Positions 1 through 9,770 of a stretch of 56,173 bases of DNA are shown piece after piece. A program made the position numbers and the translations under genes. The first letter of the stretch is position 1. Every line of letters starts with the position of its first letter. The DNA comes from Calditrichia bacterium (lineage in GTDB: Bacteria; Calditrichota; Calditrichia; RBG-13-44-9; J075): the NCBI GenBank assembly GCA_050633245.1, contig JBOEGD010000020.1:1-56173 (forward strand), given 5' to 3'. Below the pieces are notes generated by a model. The model made no database searches. It saw nothing but the letters and a program-made list of their open reading frames with translations, and had not been told where the DNA came from.

Positions 1-21
1 CGCTGCCCGCTGCCCGCTGCC
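1..21. repeat. Heptamer tandem repeat (CGCTGCC)x3, probably truncated by the window edge
   Basis: Three exact copies at positions 1-21. Confidence 0.85.
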
Positions 22-111
22 TCAAATGTGATCCCGCTCGTGGAGATATGAGTTCAATTGTTTAACTTATCATCAATATTACCATCTACCTAACTTTCAG
101 CGGATAGAAAC

Positions 112-1857
112 ATGCAAATTCTGAATCGCCGAAAAGGCCGTCAGGCCGATCTTCAGGCTGTAGAAGGCAAGAAACGACAAAAGTTTACCGGTGTGGTCTA
201 TTATCACGGTATGGGACAGCAACGGCATTATGAGGAACTTAGTCGCCTGGTTGAAATGCTCGACCGTTACGACCGCAGTATCGGAAATACCAAGTTTCGC
301 AAGATCCAGGCGCGTATGGAGTCTTCTGAGCGGACGGCGCTTGGCGATGTATCCTATATAAAAGTGGGTTCCAGTTTTCGCTTCTATGAAATGTATTGGG
401 CGCCCATAACAGCCGATGGCAGCTCGGCAATTAAGGTATTACTCTGGCTGCTGAGTCATGTCATTACACCAATTAAAATGATGTTGAGTGCGTGGCGCTC
501 GCGTTCGCGTCTTCGTCGTGCCATCCTGTATGGCATTTGGGAAGGTGAGCGCTATAGCAAAAATCCGACGGTCGAAAATGCCACCTTTCGTCGTCTGTTG
601 AGGCTTTACGCCGAGTTCGAAAAGCTGGATGCGCGGAGGAAGTTTCCTCGCGGTAAGTTTAAAGAATTTCGCACATTTGTAAAAGAAAAGTCCGGTAAAA
701 AAAGCTGTGGTCCTTTGCTTAATCTTGCCACTCGCTGGCGCCGAAAGGTCATTCTATCAGAGATTAAAAATCTATTTTTAATCATTACACTTTTTCTTGC
801 GATGGGGCTTGGGTTGCTCGGCGTGCTTATGCTAATTGGTATGCTGTTGAAAATGGGTGGAATGACAATTGGTGGAATAGGCTCGGGCGAAATGTTTGAG
901 TTTCGGTGGACTACTTTCTTAGGCGTTCTGTTCTTGATTGGTACTTTTTCAGGACTTGCTTATTTTGTGAAGAATTATCTGGGCGATGTGCAGTTATGGA
1001 CAACGTATGAGCAGACAAATGCAAAGCACCAGAAGCGCCGCGCAATTCTAAACCGCGGAACCGAAATGTTAAAGCATTTGCTGCAGCATCCGGATTGTGA
1101 GCGGATTGTGATTGTTGCTCATAGTTTGGGAACTGCAATTGCCATGGACAGCCTGCTCCAGGTGGGGCGATTTAACAGAGTGCGAAACCCGGAAGCACCG
1201 ATTAAAGAACCACTGGCTCTCGAGCGTATTCAGCATTTCATCACGCTTGGTAGCCCGATTGATAAAATCCATTATTTCTTCGAAAATTATCAGAGTCGCT
1301 ATCACCGTTATGTTCGTGTTGTAGAAGAAATTCGTGGAGATCTGGGAGCGGTGCCTTTTGCAAAAAATCGCAAGCCTAATATTCACTGGATAAATTTTTG
1401 GGATCAGGGGGATATTGTTAGCGGTAGACTTACCTCGCCATCCAATGGATTACTTGCCGATTTACGTATTGATAATGTGCATGTGGCAAATTATTCCTTC
1501 CCAGAGCCTTCTCAGAGTCATCTGCGTTATTATCGGCATCGCGAAATTATAAAGACGCTTTATGAAATTGTTCTCTATAATAAATACTCGTTTCAATATG
1601 CCCCTTTTGTTGAAGGAAAAGGTTATGATTATGACTCGCTTTTTTTGGGGCCGGGGAAATTTTTGGGGTTTGTACCCATTTACAGAGTAATGATGACGCT
1701 ACTGCCTTGGCTGGTTACCGCCAGTGGTTTAGCGTATATATTTGGCCCACCGGAATGGCTTAGTTTGGGGCTTTATAGCACAACACTTGCATCCGGTGGA
1801 CTTATACTGTTGAGCACTCTAGTGAGTCTTATTCGCGGTCATTACGATTCAGTATAA
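112..1857 (+). CDS. Membrane-anchored alpha/beta-hydrolase-fold protein (lipase-like, function unknown)
   Basis: 581-aa ORF with HGMGQ oxyanion-like motif, AHSLG nucleophile elbow, ITLGSP, DIVS and SH motifs; two pairs of hydrophobic helices. Confidence 0.65.
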   Translation: MQILNRRKGRQADLQAVEGKKRQKFTGVVYYHGMGQQRHYEELSRLVEMLDRYDRSIGNTKFRKIQARMESSERTALGDVSYIKVGSSFRFYEMYWAPITADGSSAIKVLLWLLSHVITPIKMMLSAWRSRSRLRRAILYGIWEGERYSKNPTVENATFRRLLRLYAEFEKLDARRKFPRGKFKEFRTFVKEKSGKKSCGPLLNLATRWRRKVILSEIKNLFLIITLFLAMGLGLLGVLMLIGMLLKMGGMTIGGIGSGEMFEFRWTTFLGVLFLIGTFSGLAYFVKNYLGDVQLWTTYEQTNAKHQKRRAILNRGTEMLKHLLQHPDCERIVIVAHSLGTAIAMDSLLQVGRFNRVRNPEAPIKEPLALERIQHFITLGSPIDKIHYFFENYQSRYHRYVRVVEEIRGDLGAVPFAKNRKPNIHWINFWDQGDIVSGRLTSPSNGLLADLRIDNVHVANYSFPEPSQSHLRYYRHREIIKTLYEIVLYNKYSFQYAPFVEGKGYDYDSLFLGPGKFLGFVPIYRVMMTLLPWLVTASGLAYIFGPPEWLSLGLYSTTLASGGLILLSTLVSLIRGHYDSV

Positions 1858-1872
1858 TGAGTTTACAACGCG

Positions 1873-2535
1873 CTAAGAAAGCGAGTTGACCATTTCCTGC
1901 ACAAACTGAATTTCGTCTATATTTACTGTGTGTCCCATGCCGGGATATAAGCGTTCTGTAGTATTGGCGTTCATTTTACTGAGGACCAGAGTGCTTTGCT
2001 GTACACGTTCTTTAGGAATATGAAAATCCACATCACTACATCCTAAAAAAACGGGTGTTTCCTCCAGGTTGCCTTCGAACTTTAACTCGGCATCTGGTGG
2101 GCCAATAAGTCCACCACTTAATGCGGCGACACCACCATATCGCTTTGGATTACGAGCGACGAACTCTGTGCTAAGGCAGGCGCCCTGCGAAAAACCAATC
2201 AGCATTATCTTTTCTGTTGGAATGTCGTTTTCTTCGAGTCGCGTTATTGCATCTGCCAGAACTTCTAATGCAGAAGATAAAAACGGCTCGTTTTGTGCCG
2301 TCGGGGCCATAAAGCTATATGGATACCAGCTATTGCCTGCGGCGTCCGGAGCGAGTAATGCCGTTGTGCTACGATCGATTTTTAGTTCATCTACGAGTGT
2401 TAGAATATCTCTGGCATTCGCTCCACGACCGTGGGTGAAAATCAGCGCTTTTGTAGCTTCTTCCAGAGAAGCACCAACTGACAGCAATGGTTGGTTGTTG
2501 TGTGGCCCTTTGCCGCGATTGTATAAAATACTCAT
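1873..2535 (-). CDS. Phospholipase/carboxylesterase, MhqD-like
   Basis: HGRG, GFSQG nucleophile, D-x-HIP and MGH triad motifs; lies downstream of a ring-cleaving dioxygenase as in mhq clusters. Confidence 0.85.
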   Translation of the reverse strand: MSILYNRGKGPHNNQPLLSVGASLEEATKALIFTHGRGANARDILTLVDELKIDRSTTALLAPDAAGNSWYPYSFMAPTAQNEPFLSSALEVLADAITRLEENDIPTEKIMLIGFSQGACLSTEFVARNPKRYGGVAALSGGLIGPPDAELKFEGNLEETPVFLGCSDVDFHIPKERVQQSTLVLSKMNANTTERLYPGMGHTVNIDEIQFVQEMVNSLS

Positions 2536-2601
2536 TATTTTATTCTCCGGAGCGGGTAAATGTGGTGATTTTTATTTTAATAATTCAAAATCGGATTCAT
2601 T

Positions 2602-2804
2602 TTTTATAATAAAGATTGAGAGCTTTCGAGCTCCCAGACTGCTCCATTGTGACAATGCTCCAATGTATTGTCGGCTTTCTCTGACAACTTCAAAAAAATG
2701 GAAAAGCTTTCCAAAATTCTATCGGGATTTTATAATAAAGATTGAGAGCTTTCGAGCTCCCAGACTGCTCCATTGTGACAATGCTCCAATGTGTTGTCGG
2801 CTTT
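2602..2804. repeat. Two 77-bp direct repeats (2602-2678 and 2728-2804, one mismatch) with internal hairpins
   Basis: TTTTATAATAAAGATTGAGAGCTTTCGAGCTCCC...TGTCGGCTTT recurs at a 126-bp offset, separated by a 49-bp spacer. Confidence 0.9.
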
Positions 2805-2807
2805 GGG

Positions 2808-3743
2808 CTACTCACCTAAATCCGGAAGAGCGGCTTCAATCTGTTCCCGAGCCGATTCCAGCCACGGTGGTAAGATCAGTTTTTCTCCGAGTTTGTCCGG
2901 TTCTTCATCGACCGAGAACCCCGGCCCGTCGGTCGCGATTTCAAACAGAGCGCCGCCTGGTTCTTTAAAATAGATTGATTTGAACCAAAAGCGATCGATC
3001 TGTTCTGTAGGCGAAAGTCCAGCTGCGGCAATCTTCTTGCGCACCGCAAGTTCTTCATCTGAGTCGTTTACCCGCCATGCCACATGATGGACAATCCCTG
3101 GTCCCCACATGCCGCGGCGCCCATCCGGGATCTCACGGACTTCAACGATCTTGCCCGATCCACCGCCATCAACGCCATAACGCGTCCAGCCTTTTTCGTC
3201 TGCTAGTTTCGTAAACCCCAGTACATAAAGCAACTTTTCTGTTGCTGCTAACTCACGTTCCCACAAGCGTACAGTGTGTATTCCTTTGATCTGATGTTCC
3301 ACAGGAACCGGGCTTTCCTGCCACGCAGCAAAATCTCGTTCATCGGTAGTTTCTACCAGTGCTAACCGGAGTCCGTGCGTATCGACGAAGGGCAGCGTTT
3401 TTTCGCCGAATCGCAGCTCAATATCTCCAACGGAAACCCCGTTTTTTTGTAAGCGTGGTAGCCAATAATCAATAGCATCCGGATCTACCGCCAGAGGAAC
3501 CTCTGTTGTTAATCCAATGCCGTTAAATCCAGGCCGCATATCCGGCCATGGAAAAAATGTCAGATCACTGCCCGGACTTCCTGCTGCGTCAGCAAAAAAG
3601 AGATGATATGTCTCAGGCGCATCTTGATTAACGCTTTTCTTAACCAGACGCATGCCGAGTGTTTTCTTGTAGAAGTTCAAATTCTCAACCGGATCCCCGG
3701 CGATTACCGTGACATGATGGATGCCATGAACTGTATCGGACAT
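2808..3743 (-). CDS. Ring-cleaving dioxygenase, MhqO/MhqA-like (VOC/glyoxalase superfamily)
   Basis: GIHHVT, LVKKSVNQD, YHLFF, LTFFPWP, VHHVAW, DRFWFKSIYF and EIATDGPGF family motifs. Confidence 0.9.
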   Translation of the reverse strand: MSDTVHGIHHVTVIAGDPVENLNFYKKTLGMRLVKKSVNQDAPETYHLFFADAAGSPGSDLTFFPWPDMRPGFNGIGLTTEVPLAVDPDAIDYWLPRLQKNGVSVGDIELRFGEKTLPFVDTHGLRLALVETTDERDFAAWQESPVPVEHQIKGIHTVRLWERELAATEKLLYVLGFTKLADEKGWTRYGVDGGGSGKIVEVREIPDGRRGMWGPGIVHHVAWRVNDSDEELAVRKKIAAAGLSPTEQIDRFWFKSIYFKEPGGALFEIATDGPGFSVDEEPDKLGEKLILPPWLESAREQIEAALPDLGE

Positions 3744-4028
3744 AATTACCTCCCTGGTTGATATGTAATCTTATTCAATGTTTACAAGGCTATTATATAT
3801 ATGGATGTAGATTTCGTACGCAAGATACAGAATCGATTCAATTGCCCGGCAAGATGGGGCAAACAGGGGAGAAATATGTGACAATATTTATTAAATCGTG
3901 TCTGAAGAGTTAGTGACAAAACACATTGTTATCTACAAAAAGTGCATGCAATTTTGAATTATTAAATATATATCGAGGCAAATTTAAGAGATTGCCTTAA
4001 ACGGCCTAACATGTCACCAGAGGATGTT

Positions 4029-4280
4029 ATGAAAATGAGATTGTATTATCTAACACTTGCAGCACTGCTTTTCGTTGCAGTTGGTTGTAGTGAGGGAGAT
4101 ACTGACAAAGTAACCGAAAAAACGAAAGAGTCCATTGAGCAAACTAGTAAAGATCTTAAGGATGGAATTGTAGAAGATCTTGATTCTGTTGCAAGTGATC
4201 TTGAGGAAACTGCTAAAGAGCTAAAAGAGAAGTCTGAAACCGTAAAAAATGCAGTTGATGAACTACTCAAAGATATTTAA
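4029..4280 (+). CDS. Small alpha-helical lipoprotein
   Basis: Signal peptide with lipobox (FVAVG-C) followed by an amphipathic D/E/K-rich helix. Start probably ATG 4029 or 4035, after GAGGA. Confidence 0.7.
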   Translation: MKMRLYYLTLAALLFVAVGCSEGDTDKVTEKTKESIEQTSKDLKDGIVEDLDSVASDLEETAKELKEKSETVKNAVDELLKDI

Positions 4281-4299
4281 TTTAACGAAAAGGAAAATC

Positions 4300-5022
4300 A
4301 TGAAAAATTATTCAACACTTATTATAGCACTATTGATGGGGCTTTTTTTGTCGGCAAATCCCGTTTGGGGACAGGCCACAGATCTTAAAGATGCCAAAGG
4401 TAAAATGAAGGCCGAGCAGAAACAGGTTAAGGAAGAAGCAAAGGATTTGAAATCCAAGGCAAAGCAAAAAGAAGATGAAATGGAAGCCGAGGTTGCCCGT
4501 AAAAAGGGTGAAGTGAAGGAAATGCGCAAGAAGGGCGAAGAGATGTCTGAGGAAGACCGCGCAAAAACCAAGAAGAAGATGGAGCTGATGAGCGATAAAG
4601 AAAAAGAAGCTTATAAAAAGCGCCAGAAAGCGATGAAAGAAAAAGGCAAGGCTTACGGAAAGAAAAAAGAAGGAATGTCCGGTCGTGAGCATGGTGAGAA
4701 GCGCTCTGAAGAAGCTCGTATGAAGATGAAAGAAAAAATGGCTGATTCTGAAAAGAGCGTTAATGAGAGCGCTGAGGTTGCGAAAAGTTCCCGTTCTAAA
4801 ATTGATGGTGCTCGTAAGCGCGTTGAAGCTGATAAAAAAGCCGGAAAGCTTACCGAGAAGCAGTATCAGGAAAAGGTTGAGCGTATCGAACAGGCCGAAG
4901 CCAAAGTGAAAGACCTCGAAAAAACCGCATCAGAAAGCAAGGAAATGCTGATGAAGCGTAAGAAGGAAATGCTTGAGCAGGAAGCAACAACTGTTGAGTC
5001 TGCCGCAAAAGAGAAAAATTAA
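4300..5022 (+). CDS. Secreted Lys/Glu-rich coiled-coil (hydrophilin-like) hypothetical protein
   Basis: ATG 4300 after AAGGA; signal peptide MKNYSTLIIALLMGLFLSANPVWG; extremely charged mature part. Confidence 0.75.
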   Translation: MKNYSTLIIALLMGLFLSANPVWGQATDLKDAKGKMKAEQKQVKEEAKDLKSKAKQKEDEMEAEVARKKGEVKEMRKKGEEMSEEDRAKTKKKMELMSDKEKEAYKKRQKAMKEKGKAYGKKKEGMSGREHGEKRSEEARMKMKEKMADSEKSVNESAEVAKSSRSKIDGARKRVEADKKAGKLTEKQYQEKVERIEQAEAKVKDLEKTASESKEMLMKRKKEMLEQEATTVESAAKEKN

Positions 5023-5042
5023 TATTTCCCCTCAAAATTGAT

Positions 5043-5079
5043 AACAAAAAAGCCCGTTTCTAAATCGGGCTTTTTTGTT
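5043..5079 (+). terminator. Intrinsic terminator, possibly bidirectional
   Basis: AACAAAAAAGCCCG-N9-CGGGCTTTTTTGTT. Confidence 0.85.
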
Positions 5080-5174
5080 TCCCGCCTTTTTTATCTCGCA
5101 GATTTCTGATTTCCGCTACTTTGCAGTATATTCTTCAAAATTTAGCTCTAAAAACAGCTCCAACCGGAGGTTCT

Positions 5175-6392
5175 ATGTTGCTTCGAATTGCTGCGCTATT
5201 ATATTTGGCGCTTATATTAACGGCCTGTGCCGTACCCGAAAAGCCGATATCGGAAATGACAGACGAAGAGATTCGCGTTAAGGCCAATGAACTGGCTCAA
5301 AAGTTTATCATCATGGATGGGCATATTGATATTCCGTATCGACTAGATAACTTTATGGAAGATATCTCCGGAGAAACTGCCGGAGGTGATTTCGACTACC
5401 CAATGGCTAAAGCAGGCGGATTGAACGGTCCTTTCATGTCTATTTATATCCCTGCAAGCTATCAGGTTAAGGGGGGGGCGAAAGCGTATGCTGATTCTTT
5501 AATTGACATGGTTGAAAAGGTTGCCAGCACGCACCCGGACAAATTTGCCGTGGCAGTATCGACAGATGATATCTACGCGCAGTTTAAACGCGGCGTTGTT
5601 TCTTTGCCGATGGGAATGGAAAATGGCGCACCAATCGAAGGCGATCTGGCGAACGTTAAGCACTTCTACGATCGCGGCGTACGCTACATAACGCTTACTC
5701 ATTCCAAAGTGAATCATATTTGTGATTCTTCCTATGATGAAGAGCGCAAGTGGAATGGGTTGAGTCCGTTCGGTGAGGAAGTTGTTGCTGAAATGAACCG
5801 CGTCGGTATGATTATCGATGTTTCGCATATTTCTGATAGCACGTTTTATGACGTGATGAAGCTTAGTAAGGCACCAGTTTTCGCATCGCATTCCTCCGCT
5901 CGCAAGTTTACTGCGGACTGGGAGCGAAATATGGGTGATGATATGATAAAGTTGCTGGCTGAGAAAGACGGCGTTATCTCAATTAACTTCGGTTCATCTT
6001 TTCTTAAGAGTGAATTCAATTCGTCGTGGACAAACGGAATGCGTGAAATAAATGCCTATCTACAAGAAAACAAGATGGAGCGTGGTTCACCGGAAGCTTC
6101 AAAATACATCAATCAGTGGCGGTTGGATAATCCGGTTGGCACAATTGAGGATGTAATGGAGCATATCGATCATGTGGTTGAGCTGGTGGGGGTTAATCAT
6201 GTGGCTTTCGGGTCAGACTTTGATGGTGTGTTAAATCTGCCTAAAGGGCTTCAAACAGTAGCCGAGTTTCCGAACCTGATTTTTGAGATGTTAAAGCGCG
6301 GTTATTCTGAAGAAGATATCGAAAAGATCTGCGGTCTAAATATGCTGCGCGTTTGGAAAGCAGTTGAGAAGGTTGCCGGTGAGATGCAGTAA
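5175..6392 (+). CDS. Membrane dipeptidase (peptidase M19), lipoprotein
   Basis: DGHID, GMENG, RYITLTH, IIDVSH, ASHS and GSDFDG motifs; lipobox LTA-C; GGAGG before ATG 5175. Confidence 0.9.
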   Translation: MLLRIAALLYLALILTACAVPEKPISEMTDEEIRVKANELAQKFIIMDGHIDIPYRLDNFMEDISGETAGGDFDYPMAKAGGLNGPFMSIYIPASYQVKGGAKAYADSLIDMVEKVASTHPDKFAVAVSTDDIYAQFKRGVVSLPMGMENGAPIEGDLANVKHFYDRGVRYITLTHSKVNHICDSSYDEERKWNGLSPFGEEVVAEMNRVGMIIDVSHISDSTFYDVMKLSKAPVFASHSSARKFTADWERNMGDDMIKLLAEKDGVISINFGSSFLKSEFNSSWTNGMREINAYLQENKMERGSPEASKYINQWRLDNPVGTIEDVMEHIDHVVELVGVNHVAFGSDFDGVLNLPKGLQTVAEFPNLIFEMLKRGYSEEDIEKICGLNMLRVWKAVEKVAGEMQ

Positions 6393-6425
6393 GCGTAAGT
6401 ATCGCTAGAATACTTTTGAATGAAG

Positions 6426-6472
6426 AACCGATTGTTACCGACCCTTGATAGTTGTGTAATAATCGGTTTTTT
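6426..6472 (+). terminator. Probable intrinsic terminator
   Basis: AACCGATTGTTAC...GTAATAATCGGTT stem followed by a T run. Confidence 0.6.
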
Positions 6473-6663
6473 GCTGCTCTTGGCTATCTGTCCTCATTTT
6501 TGTAAATTCCCACAATCTGGGATGCAAGTCTACTATTCAAATCGATGTAATCTTTCTGCAAAGTGATTCAATGATCTCACGTTATTCGTTGATATGCCTT
6601 TGCCTTTTGCGATTCGAGTACAATACTGAACTAATATTACTATCCTAATCGGGGGAGTTCGGG

Positions 6664-7872
6664 ATGGCTCCTAAAATTCTTGTGGTTGATGATGAGCAGG
6701 ATGTTGAACTGCTCATTAACTCCAGCTTCCGAAAAAAAATCAAATCCGGTGAGCTTAGTTTTCAATTCGCATACGATGGCGTACAGGCACTGGAAAAACT
6801 ACATGCCGATCCGCATATAGATGTGGTATTAAGCGATATTAATATGCCACGGATGGATGGGCTGACACTCACGTCGCGAATTCAGGAAGAGGCGATAAGA
6901 GCTAAAGTGATTATTGTCTCTGCCTATAGCGACATGATAAATATTCGACAAGCCATGAATTTGGGTGCTTTCGATTTTGTAACAAAACCTCTTGATCTGG
7001 AAGACCTGGAAAAAACGCTTTATAAAGTGCTAGTCCATCATTCACAAGCATTTAAGGAAGAGAATGTTGAGTTGAATGCCGCCCTGAGAGAGCTTCGTCA
7101 GACGCAACAACAGCTCGTTTTGCAGGAAAAAATGGCTTCTCTTGGTAGTTTGGTTGCCGGTATTGCTCATGAAATAAATACGCCGGTGGGCGTCATTAAT
7201 AGCAGCGTCGATACAATATCTCGCTGTGTTGAAAAGCTGGTTGCAACACTCAATGATTCTACTCTTGACCCCGAAATAGAGAAGCGAGTCGAAAAACTCT
7301 TTCGACTGTTAAATCAAAATGCCGGGCTCAGCCTTTCTGCAGGACATCGTGTTGCCGGAGTTGTGTCCAGCCTAAAGAACTTTGCACGGCTGGATCAGGA
7401 AGAGTTTCAACCGGCGAACCTGAACGAAGGGATTGAGAGCATCCTGGTGCTGTTGGCCGGCAAAATGGAAAATATTCAGGTTAAGACAGATTTGGCAGCG
7501 TTACCACTGCTTTACTGTTCACCGGGGCAGATAAATCAGGTCTTTATGAGTCTGCTGGTTAATTCCATTCAGGCCACATCCGGCACTGGTGAAATCTCCG
7601 TTACCTCCCGGCATAAAGAAAACCAAATTGAACTTCTGTTTACCGATACTGGAATCGGTATGTCCCCGGAACTGGTGAAATCTGTATTCGACTTTCGCTT
7701 CACCAAGGTCGGCGCTCGTGTGAAGATGGGAATCGGTTTAGCCTCAGCATATAACATTATTCAAAAGCATGGTGGAACTATTCGCCTGGAAAGTGAACCG
7801 GGAAAAGGCACTCGTGTTTGTATTGAGCTACCGCTCGTGCATGAGAATAAAACCAAAGTGGAAAAGGTATGA
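6664..7872 (+). CDS. Hybrid response regulator/histidine kinase (REC-HisKA-HATPase)
   Basis: [17 protein letters not shown] and FVTKP receiver motifs; H-box [10 protein letters not shown]; DTGIG, GIGL and GKGT ATPase boxes. Confidence 0.92.
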   Translation: MAPKILVVDDEQDVELLINSSFRKKIKSGELSFQFAYDGVQALEKLHADPHIDVVLSDINMPRMDGLTLTSRIQEEAIRAKVIIVSAYSDMINIRQAMNLGAFDFVTKPLDLEDLEKTLYKVLVHHSQAFKEENVELNAALRELRQTQQQLVLQEKMASLGSLVAGIAHEINTPVGVINSSVDTISRCVEKLVATLNDSTLDPEIEKRVEKLFRLLNQNAGLSLSAGHRVAGVVSSLKNFARLDQEEFQPANLNEGIESILVLLAGKMENIQVKTDLAALPLLYCSPGQINQVFMSLLVNSIQATSGTGEISVTSRHKENQIELLFTDTGIGMSPELVKSVFDFRFTKVGARVKMGIGLASAYNIIQKHGGTIRLESEPGKGTRVCIELPLVHENKTKVEKV

Positions 7873-9062
7873 CTGAAAACCGCTGGACAGATGATTTTTT
7901 GAACTCATTGCGTATGCAAGGCGACCCGCTTGCGGACGAAACAGTGGAAAAGATGCTCAAGGATGGGACGATTCAGCATGCTGGTGAGTTATTTCGTACG
8001 CTGAAATCTAATGACGATCAGGTTGCAGATAAACGCATCCCCGAGCTGACAGAGTTTGTCGCAACAACAAAGGGATTGCCTAAAGGCACCGACCTTAAGC
8101 GCATTGAACGTGGAGAAGCGGCATTTATGCGCAGTGCTTTTCCCGCTTGTCTGGCTTTGCTATGCAAAAGTTTACCTGAAGGTTATGCCGCCCCAAACCT
8201 GTCTCTGATTCTCAACATATCCAAAAACCTTGAAAAACATCCCTATGCCCGATTGATAGCTGTTCTTCAACTGGTTGTCAATGTCGGCGCCCATCAGGGT
8301 TTTCAAGATGATGGACGAGCAGTAATAACAGCTCAAAAAGTACGCTTGCTCCACGCCGGTATCCGGCAAATTACCAACAAATATGTACCGGACTATTCAA
8401 AGAGCTACCAGGTACCGGTAAATCATGAGGATATGCTCGCAACAATCATGGGTTTTTCGCTTTTGGTTATAACGGGATTGGAAGCACTTGATGTACCACT
8501 AAAGGAACAGGAAGCGGAAGATTTGCTGTATCTTTGGTGTGTTTTTGCTCAAATGTGCGGCATCTACCCACCGGGAAAGCCTGAAAGCATGGAGTATCTT
8601 CCAACAAGTGTCGCTGACGCGAAGGCCTTTTATGCTGCCTTTGGACGCAGGCATTATGCAAACGTCAAAGACAACCCTGATGGCGTTGAGTTGACCCGGG
8701 CAAATATCAAAATGTTGGAAGATATGATTCCGTGGCCGCTGCGTTTGTTCGGCTTAAAGGTTCTTCCAAAAGTTTATCTCGTTCACATGACCGGCGTTGA
8801 AGCAGCTAGGCGCGTTGGCGTAAGTCCGGTTTGGGGGCACACTATATTTAAGAAAATAGCCTTTGGCCTGACCCGGTTGATAACGTTTGTCTGGCGAAAG
8901 GTGAACCGTGTTGACAAGCAGGAAGAAGAGTCCGGACATCACCACCGCACGTTTAGCAATATGGTGATGCAATTTCTAATCGATGAGAAGTTTGGTGGAG
9001 CCGTTGAGTTCACCATACCAGCGACGTTAAAGAATCTGCACAATATGGTTAAGAGGCCTTAG
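7869..9062 (+). CDS. MpaB/rubber-oxygenase (Lcp)-like heme oxygenase (DUF2236 family), cytoplasmic
   Basis: GDPLAD N-terminus, [14 protein letters not shown] (heme-ligand His region), [10 protein letters not shown]; no signal peptide. ATGA overlap with the upstream gene. Confidence 0.8.
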   Translation: MTENRWTDDFLNSLRMQGDPLADETVEKMLKDGTIQHAGELFRTLKSNDDQVADKRIPELTEFVATTKGLPKGTDLKRIERGEAAFMRSAFPACLALLCKSLPEGYAAPNLSLILNISKNLEKHPYARLIAVLQLVVNVGAHQGFQDDGRAVITAQKVRLLHAGIRQITNKYVPDYSKSYQVPVNHEDMLATIMGFSLLVITGLEALDVPLKEQEAEDLLYLWCVFAQMCGIYPPGKPESMEYLPTSVADAKAFYAAFGRRHYANVKDNPDGVELTRANIKMLEDMIPWPLRLFGLKVLPKVYLVHMTGVEAARRVGVSPVWGHTIFKKIAFGLTRLITFVWRKVNRVDKQEEESGHHHRTFSNMVMQFLIDEKFGGAVEFTIPATLKNLHNMVKRP

Positions 9063-9083
9063 CCTTTTTGATTTGGGGGAAAT

Positions 9084-9770
9084 ATGTTAGATCATTTATT
9101 TAATCTTACTGCCTATACACCGCTTGAATTAACGCTCTTTGTTGGCGGATGTTATATGTGGGTAATTGTGTATGGTATCTATGTGCATCAATTGGTAAAG
9201 CATAAATTTGCTGAGATGCCTCTTTTTGCTGCTGCCAGCAATATCGGTTGGGAGTTTGTATATGGATATACGGCACCATTTACCGATATGGGTGCTGCCT
9301 GTCTGTGGGGATATCGTCTTTGGTTCATAGTCGATGTTTTTATCTTCTACGGCGTTTTGAAATTCGGTATGGAACAGGTGAAAACGATAAAACTAAAAGA
9401 GCATTTTAGGCCGGTGATGATACTGACGGCTCTGTTTTGGGCGGTTGCCTACTTTGCCTTTAAGAGCAGTGGACACGATACGATTATCGGAGCGAACTCG
9501 GCTTACATCGCACAGGCGATAATTTCATTCCTATATCCGCTGTGGATAATGAACAGCAAGCGTCCCATGCTTTTTTCACGAACTGTTGCCTGGTTGCGAA
9601 TGTTTGGAAGTGGGTTGATAACAATGTTTATGTTTATTCACTACGAATCCAATTATTATATCCAGGTTGTCGGAACCACCTGTGTGTTGCTGGATATACT
9701 GAGCATTTATTTGGTTTATCAACGTCGTTCTGAGGCGGCTCCAGTCGCTGTTGCAGAGGCTGTCGTATAG
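9084..9770 (+). CDS. Integral-membrane terpene cyclase-like protein (Pyr4/PaxB/XiaH type)
   Basis: 228 aa with about 7 TM helices; W-x-x-V-Y, MP..A...NIGWE motif and a late LLD, matching the two conserved acidic residues of Pyr4-type cyclases. Confidence 0.7.
   Translation: MLDHLFNLTAYTPLELTLFVGGCYMWVIVYGIYVHQLVKHKFAEMPLFAAASNIGWEFVYGYTAPFTDMGAACLWGYRLWFIVDVFIFYGVLKFGMEQVKTIKLKEHFRPVMILTALFWAVAYFAFKSSGHDTIIGANSAYIAQAIISFLYPLWIMNSKRPMLFSRTVAWLRMFGSGLITMFMFIHYESNYYIQVVGTTCVLLDILSIYLVYQRRSEAAPVAVAEAVV

Noticed and set aside
2602-2804. CRISPR array
   Set aside because: Only two repeats, 77 bp is far longer than CRISPR repeats, and there are no cas genes.
2069-2968. 299-aa plus-strand ORF with a duplicated peptide
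   Set aside because: Antisense to two well-supported genes; the peptide duplication only mirrors the DNA repeat.
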